NCBI GenBank assembly: GCA_010093705.1
Contig: MU006118.1
Location: 121,906-185,905 of the forward strand
Source: Patellaria atrata CBS 101060
Lineage: Eukaryota
Direction: 5' to 3'
DNA: 64,000 nucleotides
Shown: piece after piece, positions 50,729 to 62,288 of the stretch
Position numbering within the stretch: the first letter of the stretch is position 1
How the letters are laid out: each line of letters opens with the position of its first letter
Notes under the pieces: generated by a model
Told to the model about the DNA's origin: nothing
The model's database searches: none
The model's input: only the letters and a program-made list of their open reading frames with translations
Program-made: the position numbers and the translations under genes

Positions 50729-52843
50729 ATGGAAGGAATCACGCCTCTTTCCATCGATGCCGTAGTGCATACCTCTGGAAGTGTCACTCCAACTAGTCCC
50801 TATTTACCCATTTCAGATGCTATACCAATTCAAAGACCTAAGATGAGAGGTCGGGATCGACTCTTTCAAAGTCTACAGCGGATATCCTCGTCACCTTCAT
50901 TGGCAAAGATGGGAAGAACGCCGTCCACTGGATACAGAGGAAGTGGAAAGGGGTCTATCTCCTGCGTTTCACTCTCATCCTCACCCTCCTCTTATGGTCA
51001 TTCCTATAACAGCTCATATTCGTCGGGATTTTCAGCTGGGTTCTCTACCGCTCCAACGTCGGTATCGAGTACCCCTGGACCCGATACCCCTTATTACGAT
51101 TCTAAGACCCGAATACGGACTGTTGCCCCTGGATCTACAGTAACATCTGTTCCTCTTCCGCCAGAGCTTCGTCCAGGCTCTAGATCTAGTCTAGATGACA
51201 TCGAGGAAGACTACTTTTCCAGACCTGTCAAAAAAGTCAGACAACTACAGAAACGACCCAACCTCAACTTCTGGAAGGATATGCCACCGGAAATCCGCAT
51301 GCACGTCCTCCAGTTTTTGAAGCCCAAGGAGATCGTTCGTTGTTCTTCAGTGTCCAAAGCATGGCATGAAATGTGTTTCGATGGTCAATTGTGGGCCAAT
51401 CTAGATGTATCTCAGTACTACCGGGAAATCCCCGCGCCTGCTTTGGTTAACATCATCACATCCGCAGGACCATTCGTACGGGATCTGAATCTTCGAGGTT
51501 GCGTCCAACTTCAGGAGAAATGGAATGTTAAAGGACTTGTGGACGCATGTCGGAATCTCGAGAACTTCTCTTTGCAAGACTGCCATATTGACCGGACTTC
51601 GATCCATTGTTTTTTGTTACAGAACTCCCGACTCATGCACATCAATCTCTCTGGATTAGGTGGAGCTACCAATTCGGCTATGAAGATTATAGGCCAACAT
51701 TGCCCAAAGGTCGAGTATCTGAACATTTCATGGTGCGAAAATATTGATACTCGCGGGATTCGGAAGGTCGTCGAGGGCTGCCCTGATCTCAAAGATCTTC
51801 GAGCTGGCGAAACAAAGGGATGGGACAATGTTGATTTCGTGCTTGAGATCTTCAAGCGGAACACTCTGGAGAGATTACTCCTTAACCACTGCGACAGCCT
51901 AACAGATGAAACCCTCACAACTCTAATGACCGGAGTGGATAGTGAAACAGACGTCCTCACAGGTCGCAAAATTGTCCCACCCCGAAAACTCAAACACCTG
52001 GACCTCACCCGCTGTCGGAGTATCACAGACGAAGGGCTCAAATCCCTCCCCCACAACGTTCCCCACCTCGAAGGACTGCAACTCGCCCACTGCCCCTCCG
52101 TCACGGACCTCCCTCTAATTGACCTCTTCCCCACAATCCCCAACCTCACTCATCTCGATTTAGAAAGCCTCGAGGAGCTCACCAACGCCACACTCCAGGC
52201 TCTGGCCACATCACCCTGCCATACCACCCTCACCCACCTCTCAATCTCCTACTGCGAGAATCTTGGCGACGCAGGCATGATCCCGGTCCTCAAGTCTTGC
52301 TCCTACCTAGAGGGTCTCGAGATGGACAACACCCGTATTTCTGACCTTGTCCTCACCGAAGCAGCCGCTATGTTGCGAGCCCGGAATCGCGGTGCTCGTG
52401 GCCTTACGGGATCTATGAAGCCAACTGTTGGGTTGAGGATCGTAGCGTACGACTGTGCAAACGTAACTTGGACAGGCGTGCGCGAAATTTTATCCCGCAA
52501 CGCCGAAGTGATGCGGCATGCCCCTGACTTGGCCACGCCTACACATCCGCGCGAAATAATTTCCCTCCGCTGCTTTTACAGCTGGCAGCAGACCGTGGAC
52601 GAGCATACGAAACGCGTCATGCGAGGCCGGTGGCAGGCCGCGAGGGATCTGGAGCGGAAATGGGCGAATTGGATGATGTTGAATGAGGAGGCGGGGGTGG
52701 GTGGGGCGAACAGTCGAAGAAGGAGACGGAGGGCGAGAGAGGCGAGGGAGGCGCATAGGGATGATGTTGAGGAGGAGACTGGGGTAGGAAGGGGAGGTAG
52801 GAGGAGAGCGAGGAGTGGACCAGGAGGGTGTGTTATTATGTGA
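50729..52843 (+). CDS. F-box/leucine-rich-repeat protein (FBXL2/20-like) with C-terminal CaaX
   Basis: F-box MPPEIRMHVLQFLKPKEIVRCSSVSKAW, FDGQLW, cysteine-containing LRRs, ending GGCVIM*. A probable 5'-UTR intron lies at about 50426-50504. Confidence 0.93.
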   Translation: MEGITPLSIDAVVHTSGSVTPTSPYLPISDAIPIQRPKMRGRDRLFQSLQRISSSPSLAKMGRTPSTGYRGSGKGSISCVSLSSSPSSYGHSYNSSYSSGFSAGFSTAPTSVSSTPGPDTPYYDSKTRIRTVAPGSTVTSVPLPPELRPGSRSSLDDIEEDYFSRPVKKVRQLQKRPNLNFWKDMPPEIRMHVLQFLKPKEIVRCSSVSKAWHEMCFDGQLWANLDVSQYYREIPAPALVNIITSAGPFVRDLNLRGCVQLQEKWNVKGLVDACRNLENFSLQDCHIDRTSIHCFLLQNSRLMHINLSGLGGATNSAMKIIGQHCPKVEYLNISWCENIDTRGIRKVVEGCPDLKDLRAGETKGWDNVDFVLEIFKRNTLERLLLNHCDSLTDETLTTLMTGVDSETDVLTGRKIVPPRKLKHLDLTRCRSITDEGLKSLPHNVPHLEGLQLAHCPSVTDLPLIDLFPTIPNLTHLDLESLEELTNATLQALATSPCHTTLTHLSISYCENLGDAGMIPVLKSCSYLEGLEMDNTRISDLVLTEAAAMLRARNRGARGLTGSMKPTVGLRIVAYDCANVTWTGVREILSRNAEVMRHAPDLATPTHPREIISLRCFYSWQQTVDEHTKRVMRGRWQAARDLERKWANWMMLNEEAGVGGANSRRRRRRAREAREAHRDDVEEETGVGRGGRRRARSGPGGCVIM

Positions 52844-53352
52844 GTCCATTATTAGGTTTGGGCTGAGGGATAACTGTCAGTAAGTGTCACTTAGTAGTAG
52901 GAGTATATCGGTAGATTTAGCGGGAAGGTTGCATTTCTGGGTCTATCTAGGTCGGGTGTCGGGTACCTTCCTTTCTTGATACACGCCATTTTGGGTTAGG
53001 GAGCTTCGTTCAGATTCTTCGGCGTCTACTCTATATGGATTTGTGCTTTTTTTCTCTTCCACTCATTAGGCGTCTATGGTTGCATAACGCGCCTTCGATC
53101 TTTAGACTACTTAGATTGGGTTTGGATGACGGTGACTGCATGGTACATGGGCTCTACGCTAGTCAGCACAGCAATGCTTCGGTAGCATTTACAGAGTATA
53201 TATCCCATACTAAACCATATCGTTACACTCCATAGTATCTGGTGTCTTCATTGCGTAGGGTATGCCTATAGAAATGGCTTATCGTCCCACAGTACGTTAT
53301 TTATCAGAGAGACCTGTTTACAAAGTGACCGTACTGTACAGTGCGAAACGAG

Positions 53353-53638
53353 TGAATTGTAAAAAAGGAGCCTACTATATAAAAGGGTTCTCTGTATAAG
53401 AGAAGTGAATTATATAAGAGGAGCGTATCATATAAGAGGGGTATACTGTGGAAGAGGAGTGTACTGTACGAGAAAACTATACTATATAAGAGAAGTGTAT
53501 TGTAAGAAAGCTCGTACTGCATGAGCAGAGTAAACTCTCTAAAAGGAACGTACTGTACTAGGGGATCGTACTGTATTGGAGGATTGTGCTATGCAGAAAG
53601 AGTGTACTGTTCAGAAGGACCCAACTGTATTCAAGGGG
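53353..53638 (+). repeat. degenerate 18-bp tandem array (~16 units; consensus near TGTACTGTACAAGAGGAG)
   Basis: Units start at 53353, 53371, 53389, 53406, 53424, 53442, 53460, 53478, 53496, 53513, 53531, 53549, 53567, 53585, 53603 and 53621; two units are 17 bp. Confidence 0.8.
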
Positions 53639-53859
53639 GAAGTTTTTTTTGGACGTAAGTTGTATTCAAAGAGGAAGTTAGATGAAATAACCTGGCCGGT
53701 ACTCAATTACAGAGTTCCGGTCGTAGCTAAACGCGTTAACTCAACCACCTCAGTCGCAGAATACGAGAGATTTAGTAGGAGTCTAGTATAAATATGTTGC
53801 GCAACGTATGAATTGTGCTTGGGGATGCGAACGTTTGTTCGTCGGAGATTAACTAGCTA

Positions 53860-55158
53860 TTATTTGACTCCAGGCAGAATCCACCCACACAAGTCCTCTC
53901 TAACATCGAATTCGTCGATCTCACGCGCCGGTTTCTGTCTTCTACCATCTACGTCTGATTTCAACTGATGAGCCTGCTGCTCCAAACTGGCTCTGCCCCT
54001 GACTCCACCAGGTAGATTATTAAACTTCCGTGAAGAACTTCGTTGGTGGTTTTCATGTCTAGAGAAATCCGATGAGCGGTTTCTCCTATGTGTCCTCGGA
54101 TCACTGTCGCTGAAAGATGCACTATCGTCTCGTATGGGCGTTTCCTCGGGACGTGGCTGGCTGTATGGTTTATATTTGTCACCCCAACCGTCACCGCCTG
54201 CAAAAATATCTTCGATGCATTCGTCTGCTTTGAGTTCGCCGGGTTGGGCGGCCCAAGAGGCGGTTAGTGTACGCCGGTACATGTCTTGTAGCTCCCCTGT
54301 TTCGCGCGATTTGCTGCTTAAAGAGGGGATATCTGGAAAGGTCGTTAACAACGGTTTAGATAAAAATCCGATAGGCTACTCACGTCCGGGATCATCCGAT
54401 TCCGCTTGATCGCCGGTCATTATACCAGCGATTCCGCCGAAAACGGGTGCTGTTTTCAGAGGAGGTCTGGAAACATCTTTAGTCTATCCGTACCTTTACA
54501 ACAGGAGGCTAACTTACGCTACGAAGTTTCTATCTCCCTCTATCTGCTTCATAAAAATGCTGATCTTGAGAGTGCTGTTTATCTTGCTGTCCTGCATGAG
54601 GTATCTTCGACAGATGCCATCCTCTCCCTCTGCCTCACTGGGTTCCACATATTCGGCGAGATTAAGCTTCACGTGGCCTAGTATAATCCTTTCTCCTCTA
54701 CCCCCAGCCGAGTACTCCTGGATAACTTCAAAGTGTACGATAGACTCTTGCAATAAGCCGTTCTTGTCAATGGTCAAGCGGATTGGGACACGCTTCTCGT
54801 AGTCATATACGACCTTGTGTTCTTTGATTGGTAACTTTTCTGTGCGCCCACGGTGTTCTGCCGCCGCAGAATGGGGTAGATGCCATTTAATAAAGGATGT
54901 GCCCGAGACGAGGGGAACATTGTGAAGGTCTATTATCTGGATGGTATTAACTACAAGCCCAATGGGGAGACTCCAGGGTGCGAACCTTGAGATGTAACTC
55001 GAATTTAGGCTTTTGCTATCATTAGCTTTGCAATCTTCCAACAGATATTGGTACGAAGCTTACTCGTCGGTTCTTAGGAACTGCTATAGTCAGCGGGTTG
55101 GTTGCGAAAGAGACGTTCAGAGTCTCTCGTAGAGACATGGCTCACCGAATGCTTGCAT
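53860..55158 (-). CDS. NT-C2 (EEIG1/EHBP1 N-terminal C2) domain protein (6 exons)
   Basis: Spliced MQAFVPKNRRPKFELHLKIIDLHNVPLVSGTSFIKWHL, LGHVKLNLAEYV and RRYLMQDSKINSTLKI. Confidence 0.9.
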
Positions 55159-55435
55159 AATTGTAACTCTAACAATTACATGATTACGCTGTGATATATA
55201 TCGCAAACACGAGGGACCCCTCCGCTGGGTCCGTCAGGCCGCGATTCGATACAGTATTGTAAATGGATGCGAGGTGATGTTTCTTCATCATCATCCGGAG
55301 CTCTCGGTAGAGCTACAGTAGTTCTACCGGAAGCGGACGCTGATCCCCCAAGGCCGGCATCGATCATTCTTCCACATGCAACGACCTCAGCGAAGAAATC
55401 ATTGATCTATCATACTAACAGACTAGATTAATACG

Positions 55436-56822
55436 ATGGCAGTAACGCCGAATGCGATAGCGGATTGTGTTCTGTCAACATTCGATAGCCTCCCCGCCAA
55501 ATGCAAACCACGACCTCGATATGACAACGCCCGCGAATGGACTCCCCTAAGTGGTATCGTTCTATGTAAAGGTCTCTCCATTAGCCGCAAAATCCCCATG
55601 TATAAAGGCTAAGTAAGCTACTAGATGGAGAGATGTTGACTTGCGTGGCTCTTGGGTAAAACTGCATTTATACCGGTCAGCAACCCTCAGCTGATTATCA
55701 TTCACAGCACTGGTGCGAAATGTTTGCCGTTGTCGAAGATTCCCCGGGCTAAGGGTACCATACTACACGATTGGCATGCAGAAGTTCTAGCTATACGATC
55801 CTTCAATCTATTTCTCATACAGGAATGCGTACATCTTCTGGATGGAAAACAACAGTCAGATTTCATCAGACGCCGTACCGATACTGAAATCACAAAATCT
55901 GCCTTTCAGCCTTTTGAGATCAACGACAATATCGAAATTTACATGTACTGCTCCGAGGCGCCATGCGGCGATGCAAGTATGGAATTGGTCATGGGAGCAC
56001 AAGACGATCCCACTCCATGGGCGTTCCCGCAACCAGCACACTTATCTGTCTCTGGAGGTATCTCTACCGAAAATTCAACTATATTGAGTGGTCGAGGATA
56101 TTTCTCAGAGGTGGGTATAGTAAGGCGTAAACCATGTGTGTTGACAGTCGGACAGGACTAGCAATCTCTTTTGAGTTGACGATCATACAGCTCGCCCTGA
56201 CGCACCCCCTACCCTCAGTAAATCTTGCTCTGACAAACTTGCTTTGAAGCAATGTACGTCTCTGCTAAACTGTATTACATCTCTCCTTTTCCATCCCGGA
56301 AATGCGTACATCTACATGCTAGTGTTACCTAGCTCTCAATACGTCCCGAAAGCTACTGACCGGGCATTCGGTCCAGATGGACGTATGCTGGGCATAAATG
56401 ATGCTCAAAGGATTGGCTGGCCGGATGGTTATTCTTTTCGTCCGTTTGCCATGAAAACAACAGAACGTGAATTCGCCTGGTCTAGACGTAATGGCGAAGG
56501 ACGAGAGATGATTCCATGCAATTTGAGTGCTGTGTACACTCCTTACTGTCAAGAGACTCTAGTTGGAGGCGTGCTACAGGGAAGGAAACAATCAGATTTC
56601 CGCGCTGCTAGTCGAACGTCTCGAAGGGGTTTGCTGCAATTGCTCCAGAATCACCATTCTCTACGGCTTGTTTTACCGAAGGGGTCAATTGGCTTGAGTT
56701 ATACTGATCTGAAAAACTCTAGTTATGTTTGCGAATGGCGAAAGGTCAAGGATGATGTGAAAGCTAAAGCACTCAGGGGGTGGGTGTCAAACCAGAAAGA
56801 CGAGGCCTGGAGTTTGAATTGA
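55436..56822 (+). CDS. TAD1: tRNA-specific adenosine deaminase (ADAT1/Tad1), multi-exon
   Basis: TGAKCLP, LHDWHAEVLAIRSFN, EAPCGDASM, RRKP|RPDAPPTLSKSCSDKL. Confidence 0.93.
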
Positions 56823-56926
56823 GGTAACAAAACACCATCAGATCATATACGGAGCCCCTTAGATGCATAAGTATAGTTAAACCCTGAGGAACATCTTTAA
56901 ATAGTTGCTGTGAGGTCAAATATAAA

Positions 56927-56934
56927 TCACGTGA
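56927..56934. promoter_or_regulatory. TCACGTGA (Cbf1-type E-box) upstream of cysteine dioxygenase
   Basis: Perfect octamer about 440 bp before the CDO ATG; function is inferred. Confidence 0.35.
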
Positions 56935-57369
56935 GCGTAAAGGATCACTGCGAGTTGTCCGTGGTTTGAAGCGGCTGCAGCCAGTCATTCTGAAGTTTAC
57001 CCACTCTTGATAACGCCAATCTTAAGAGTTGATTGAGGATTGAGCGGAGCATACAATCACACCTCAGTCATTAGATATTCTTACGGAACAGGTAAGAGAA
57101 GACAAGCCCAACGCTAATTAACCCTTGAATGCTCCTCCCTTCACTCCGTCAGCTTCTACCGGGCCTTGAATCGGTGACCATATTTAATAATTGTGTATCT
57201 CTCACACGATCTGCTTCCAATCATGTGCTCACAAGTTTTCATGTCTCTCACCGTCACTTTTTGAAGGATATCAATCCATGCGTCTGACGTTCTTATATCT
57301 CCACTTCCTTACCCGCTTTACGTATCCTTCTTCCGAATTTCTATACCATAACTCTACCATTCTATTATC

Positions 57370-58089
57370 ATGGCGTTATCTACCCAAACCGATAAATTTG
57401 ATGCATTCCATCAGTTGGTAAAAGATCTCAGTAATATTTTGGGTCCATCATCAGGTATTGACTCGGAAGATGTCAACCCTGAAGATATCCAGGAGTTGAT
57501 GAAAAATTACACATCCACCTCATCTGAATGGGCACCATACGCATTCTCAGATACTACCAGAGCATATACCAGGAACCTCGTCGACAAGGGAAATGGAAAA
57601 AGCAACTTGGTATTTTATCCTCAACATTCTAGTTGCGACGATCAGATACTGATACCTATCGCAGCTTGTCCTCGTATGGTCCCCTGGTCGAAGCAGCCCC
57701 GTACACGACCACGCCAATGCCCATTGTATCATGAAGGTCCTCCACGGTTCTCTGAAGGAAACTCTGTACGACTGGCCAGATCCAACCTTAACAGCCCCCT
57801 TGAAGGTCAAACGTGAGCGCACGCTTCAGTTAAACGAGGTCTCCTACATGGCAGACACGCTAGGACTACACACAATATCCAACCCTGATCCCGACAACAT
57901 CGCTGTCTCTCTGCATTGTAAGTCTTTTCATTGAGCAAGGAGTTCATCAAGCATGCTAAAGGTCTCGAACCAGTGTATACTCCGCCGAATGCTGAGTTTT
58001 ATGGCACTCTCACCTTCAACAAGGAGACAGGGCACTCATCTCACATCAAACAATGTCAATTCTTTTCCGAACGAGGACACAAACTGTGA
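57370..58089 (+). CDS. CDO1: cysteine dioxygenase (3 exons)
   Basis: [42 protein letters not shown]: His triad and Cys/Tyr crosslink motifs. Confidence 0.96.
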
Positions 58090-58487
58090 TTGAGATTTTG
58101 CTTGAGATTTTGCTTGAGGTCTCGTGGCTTTTTATTAGGCAAGCATGCTCTTGGTTTGAATGTTATGGCCGCTTAGCTTCAGCTTCTGGCGCCTTTCTTT
58201 GGATATTCGGAGTACGGGGGAGTTGCCTTTACACATAGGTTGTCCGAACTACTTTAGGATGTACAGTAGACTAACTCTGTAATCATAATGAATATCTTCA
58301 CTCACCAGATAATTGAAGGATCAAGAGATGTGCTGTCGTAGATGTGCCAAAATAGAGATACTCGCTTAGATCGGCCCAGGGTACCCTTGTCAGATGGCTG
58401 CATGATGTTTACCATCTTATCGATAACAGAAAGGAGGTGAATATATAACTATACGACAAATACGATAAATGAATCCTTACACCACAG

Positions 58488-61400
58488 ATGCAATCGGTGC
58501 TCTCTGAACTCGCGGCCAGTACCTCTCAATGGTCGTGGGTCACGGTACCTGTGGCCTTCTTCGTAACATCCTGTATCTCAACAACCAAAACGCCTAGTCG
58601 GCACTCCCTCCTCATAAACGCGATTTCGTGGGCGTCCATATGGGCATACGGCGTTGTACGAGCAGGAGTACGGACGACCTCCGACGATGAACGTAGGAGG
58701 AACCTAATATGGGTATCTGGCGCGTTATACGGACTTGCTTTGGCGTGTACAAGAGCGGCAATAGATGATGAGGGCGTACGGTGGATGAAGGTTATGACGC
58801 TGAGCCCTTCCTATCTTTATTATGGTAGTTAACACTTCAACAGTGCCTAATACCTGCGTTCGTTTACCTCTTCTCCCAATTGAACCTGAAATCTTTCCTC
58901 AATTCATCGAGCCATGAAGAATCAAAGCAACCAGAAAGCCCCCACCCATATGGAGCGAGATCACTGCTTACGGTTTCCACAATATGTTCTGGAGTTGTTC
59001 TGAATACTCCTTATATTACATCACCATCCGCGCTTCTGGGGCTGTGTTCGACCCTAACTCTAGCCCTATCTTTCGTCGTCCTCGAGTCTGGGTTTGCTGC
59101 ATCCCCTGAAGAGAAGTATGGTGGAGCAGGCGGTTTCGTCCTTGCGAACGGTTCCTTTGCATATGAGCGGCGGACACAAGGCTCCAATTCGAAACGGGGC
59201 GCGTTCTACCTATGTATAAGAGACTTCGCCGCAATCGTTGTTCTAGTTTGCGGAGCATCGACATGGATCATGGAAAGCCATACTCTGGACGGATTGACTT
59301 GGTCTGACGGGTTGCGCAAGCTGGATCCAAAGACAATCGAGCTGAACCCAGAGCTTGCGGACCTTTCTGGGCAATGGAAGCTGGAACAGTTGGTCGTGAA
59401 TGCCTTCAGGGGCTTTTGGGCGACTATCTTCACCACGGCGACCAATGCATTACTGATGCTAGTAGTCTCCCAACAAAAATCTTTGAAGACTAGTTTAATC
59501 GTTCTAGCAGCAGTGCTTGCTGCATTTTTGCCCTCGAATCTCGGAATATCTCAACTCTGGTTTACACTGCTTACTCTTACTTCAGGATATGCTTTCTTCT
59601 CAAGCGAAGCTGCATCCTCGCCCGTGAAAGGGTTTGGGGGAAGAAGATTGAATGCAAGAAATATTCTTACGTTTCTCACCGTAACATCGGTTGCCTCACT
59701 AGTTATGGGCGTTTCTCGCAAATCAACTGGGATCACCATGTCTGGGTTAGCGATACCTACAAGCTATATAGGAACCCCTATATCGCCCCTCGAGCCTATG
59801 GAATTGTCCGATAAGAAAATTCATCCTATTGAATATCTCATTGCGAAGTCTGAAAAGAGCTTTCAGGAGACCCTTTCAAGACAGTCACAGACTCTAGACC
59901 AAGCTGTAAAAGAGTATAAGAGACGGTATCAGATGAATCCGCCACCAAACTTTGATCGTTGGTATGAGTTGGCTAAGAGGAAGAACGTGGTACTTATCGA
60001 CGAGTTTGACTTAATCCATGAACTTCTACTCCCGTTCTGGGCTCTCAAACCGTCCACTCTTAGGTCTCGAGTGCGGGAAGCACTTGGAATGGACGGTAAT
60101 TCTCTCATAGCCCTAACCATCCGCGAAGGGCAAGCGGTGAAAGTCGAAGGCGGCCCTGACTGGCAACAGGCTGCAACGCTAGGAATGGTCAAAGGCTTTG
60201 TACAACATTTGCCAGATATAGATTTGGCCTTTAACATCCATGACGAACCACGTATCGTCGTTCCTCACGATGAGCTTGCTCGTTATGTGGAAATCGCAAA
60301 GACGAAAAATATCCCGGCGTCTTTTTCGCAAAAGCGGCCACAGAACACCTTCTCGGCTCGTCCTGATGATATGAATGACGGTCGAAGGATCTTAGAGTAC
60401 AAAACTAGCCGCTTCAACGTCTTTGCGCATCAGTCTGTTTGGTCAACCTCTAGATTGTCATGCTCGCTTGACAGTCCGGCACGTTCCTACGAAGAAACCA
60501 GCTCCGACAATAAGACTATGTATGCTTTGGGTGAGCTCGGCTTCATATACAACCATACAGCCATGTCGGATATCTGCAACTCTCCTTCCTTACGTCACAC
60601 CCTCGGATTCTTCGACCGACCCAATGCGTTCAATGTCGCCCACGATCTCATCCCCATATTCTCCCAGAGCAAAGTAAGTAGCTTTCAGGATATCCTATAT
60701 CCCAGTCCGTGGTACTGGTTCAACATGGTCTCTTACAACGCCACCCGCGCCAAGGACTGGGACAAGAAGGATAACACAGTATATTGGAGGGGAACAAATA
60801 CAGGAGGTTATAGCAAGTATGGTGCATGGCGCCATCATCATCGACAGCACTTCGTCGCCAGCGTCAACGCCCCTGACACAACCCGCATCTTAACCAACCT
60901 TGGAACCGCAGTTGCACCCGTCTGGAATGCCCAAGAGGTCCCAAGACAAACCTTCAAGGACCTAATAGACGTCAAATTCACGGATATCGGACAGTGTGAC
61001 GACATTGACTGTGCTCAACAGCGCGAATTCTTCCGCTTAACGGATCCAACAGATATGCAGGATGCATGGTCCTATAAACACTTGGTTGACCTGGACGGCA
61101 ACGCTTTCTCCGGCCGTTTTTATGCGTTTCTAAAGAGCAAGTCTGCGGTGTATAAGATGGCGGTTTTCAGGGAGTGGCATCAGGAGTGGTTGAGGCCGTG
61201 GATGCATTATGTGCCCCTTGGCTTTGACGGGGGCGAGTGGATGGAGACGTTCAGGTATTTCGCGAACGAGAACAAGGGCGAAGACTTTGCGGAGAAGTTA
61301 GCGCTAGGAGGGCAGCAGTGGGCTAATGCCGTCTTAAGGAACGAAGATATGGAGGTTTGGTTTTTTAGGCTGCTTTTGGAGTATGTGGTTCCCCTTTTGT

Positions 61401-61489
61401 GTTTGAGTAAGAGAAATTTCTAACCTAGTGATAGGTATGGAAGACTCGTTGATGATAATAGAGAGATCATCGGATATGGCGGTCCTTAG
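58488..61489 (+). CDS. CAP10-like glycosyltransferase family 90 with multi-TM N-terminus (3 exons)
   Basis: YKRRYQMNPPPNFDRWY, DLAFNIHDEPR, PIFSQSK..FQDILYPSPWY, YWRGTNTGG, DLDGNAFSGRF, WFFRLLLEYGRL. Confidence 0.93.
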
Positions 61490-62288
61490 ATACTCTTTCT
61501 GGGAGGATGTACCATATGGGATAACAGGGCAGGATTGATGCGGCGTTAAGGCGTACAGTACAGCATTTATAGCTGAGGGTCCTGGGTACATAGAGGAACT
61601 CGACGATTGTATTGTACAGACGATGACACTAATTATCGCCTATCATATTACTTCCACAGTTAACTGGTTGTTACATACAGCAGTCTTCTAGTTAATACCA
61701 ATACCTGGCTCTATCATCCCGGCTAGAACATTGACGATCACTCTAAAGAGCAGATCATCCGAACGAATCATAATTATTCCATCTTTAAACTACAACTATT
61801 CCTTACTGATTCTTTTTATCTTCCTATACTTCGGCCTAAAGAAGCGAATCTCGCATCTATACTGTTCAATATATGTACTATCTAGAACCGACGAACAGAG
61901 ATGAAAGAGGTCATCACGATTTGACGTTTTCGCTACAAAATATGTTAACTAGTCCACTTTGATAGCTCCACACCCCGAAAGAGGTGAGCAAACAAAATTT
62001 ATCATATCTGATTTGCTTAGAGATACAACCCTTTGGGACCAAACATTGCGAAGTTGGCCAGACAACTTCTGGGCATACGTCATCTTATTCCCGTTCTCAG
62101 GGAGAAAAAGAGAACCTCCCTGACCAGATACCTTACCTTATCTACTTTGAATTTTATTCTCCTTTAGAAACCCAGCTAGCATCTCACGCTTATGCAAAGC
62201 TCTACATCCCCTGTCCACCATTTCACTGATTTCCTTTCTCTTCAATCATAGAGCACTATTATAAGGGTAGTAGTAGCAGATATCAACC

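Noticed and set aside
52995..53001. Isolated TTAGGG/CCCTAA-like hexamers
   Set aside because: Single copies only; not a telomeric array.
53304..53522. Minus-strand 72-aa ORF with YxxLLL repeats
   Set aside because: It is the antisense reading of the 18-bp array, with no support as a gene.
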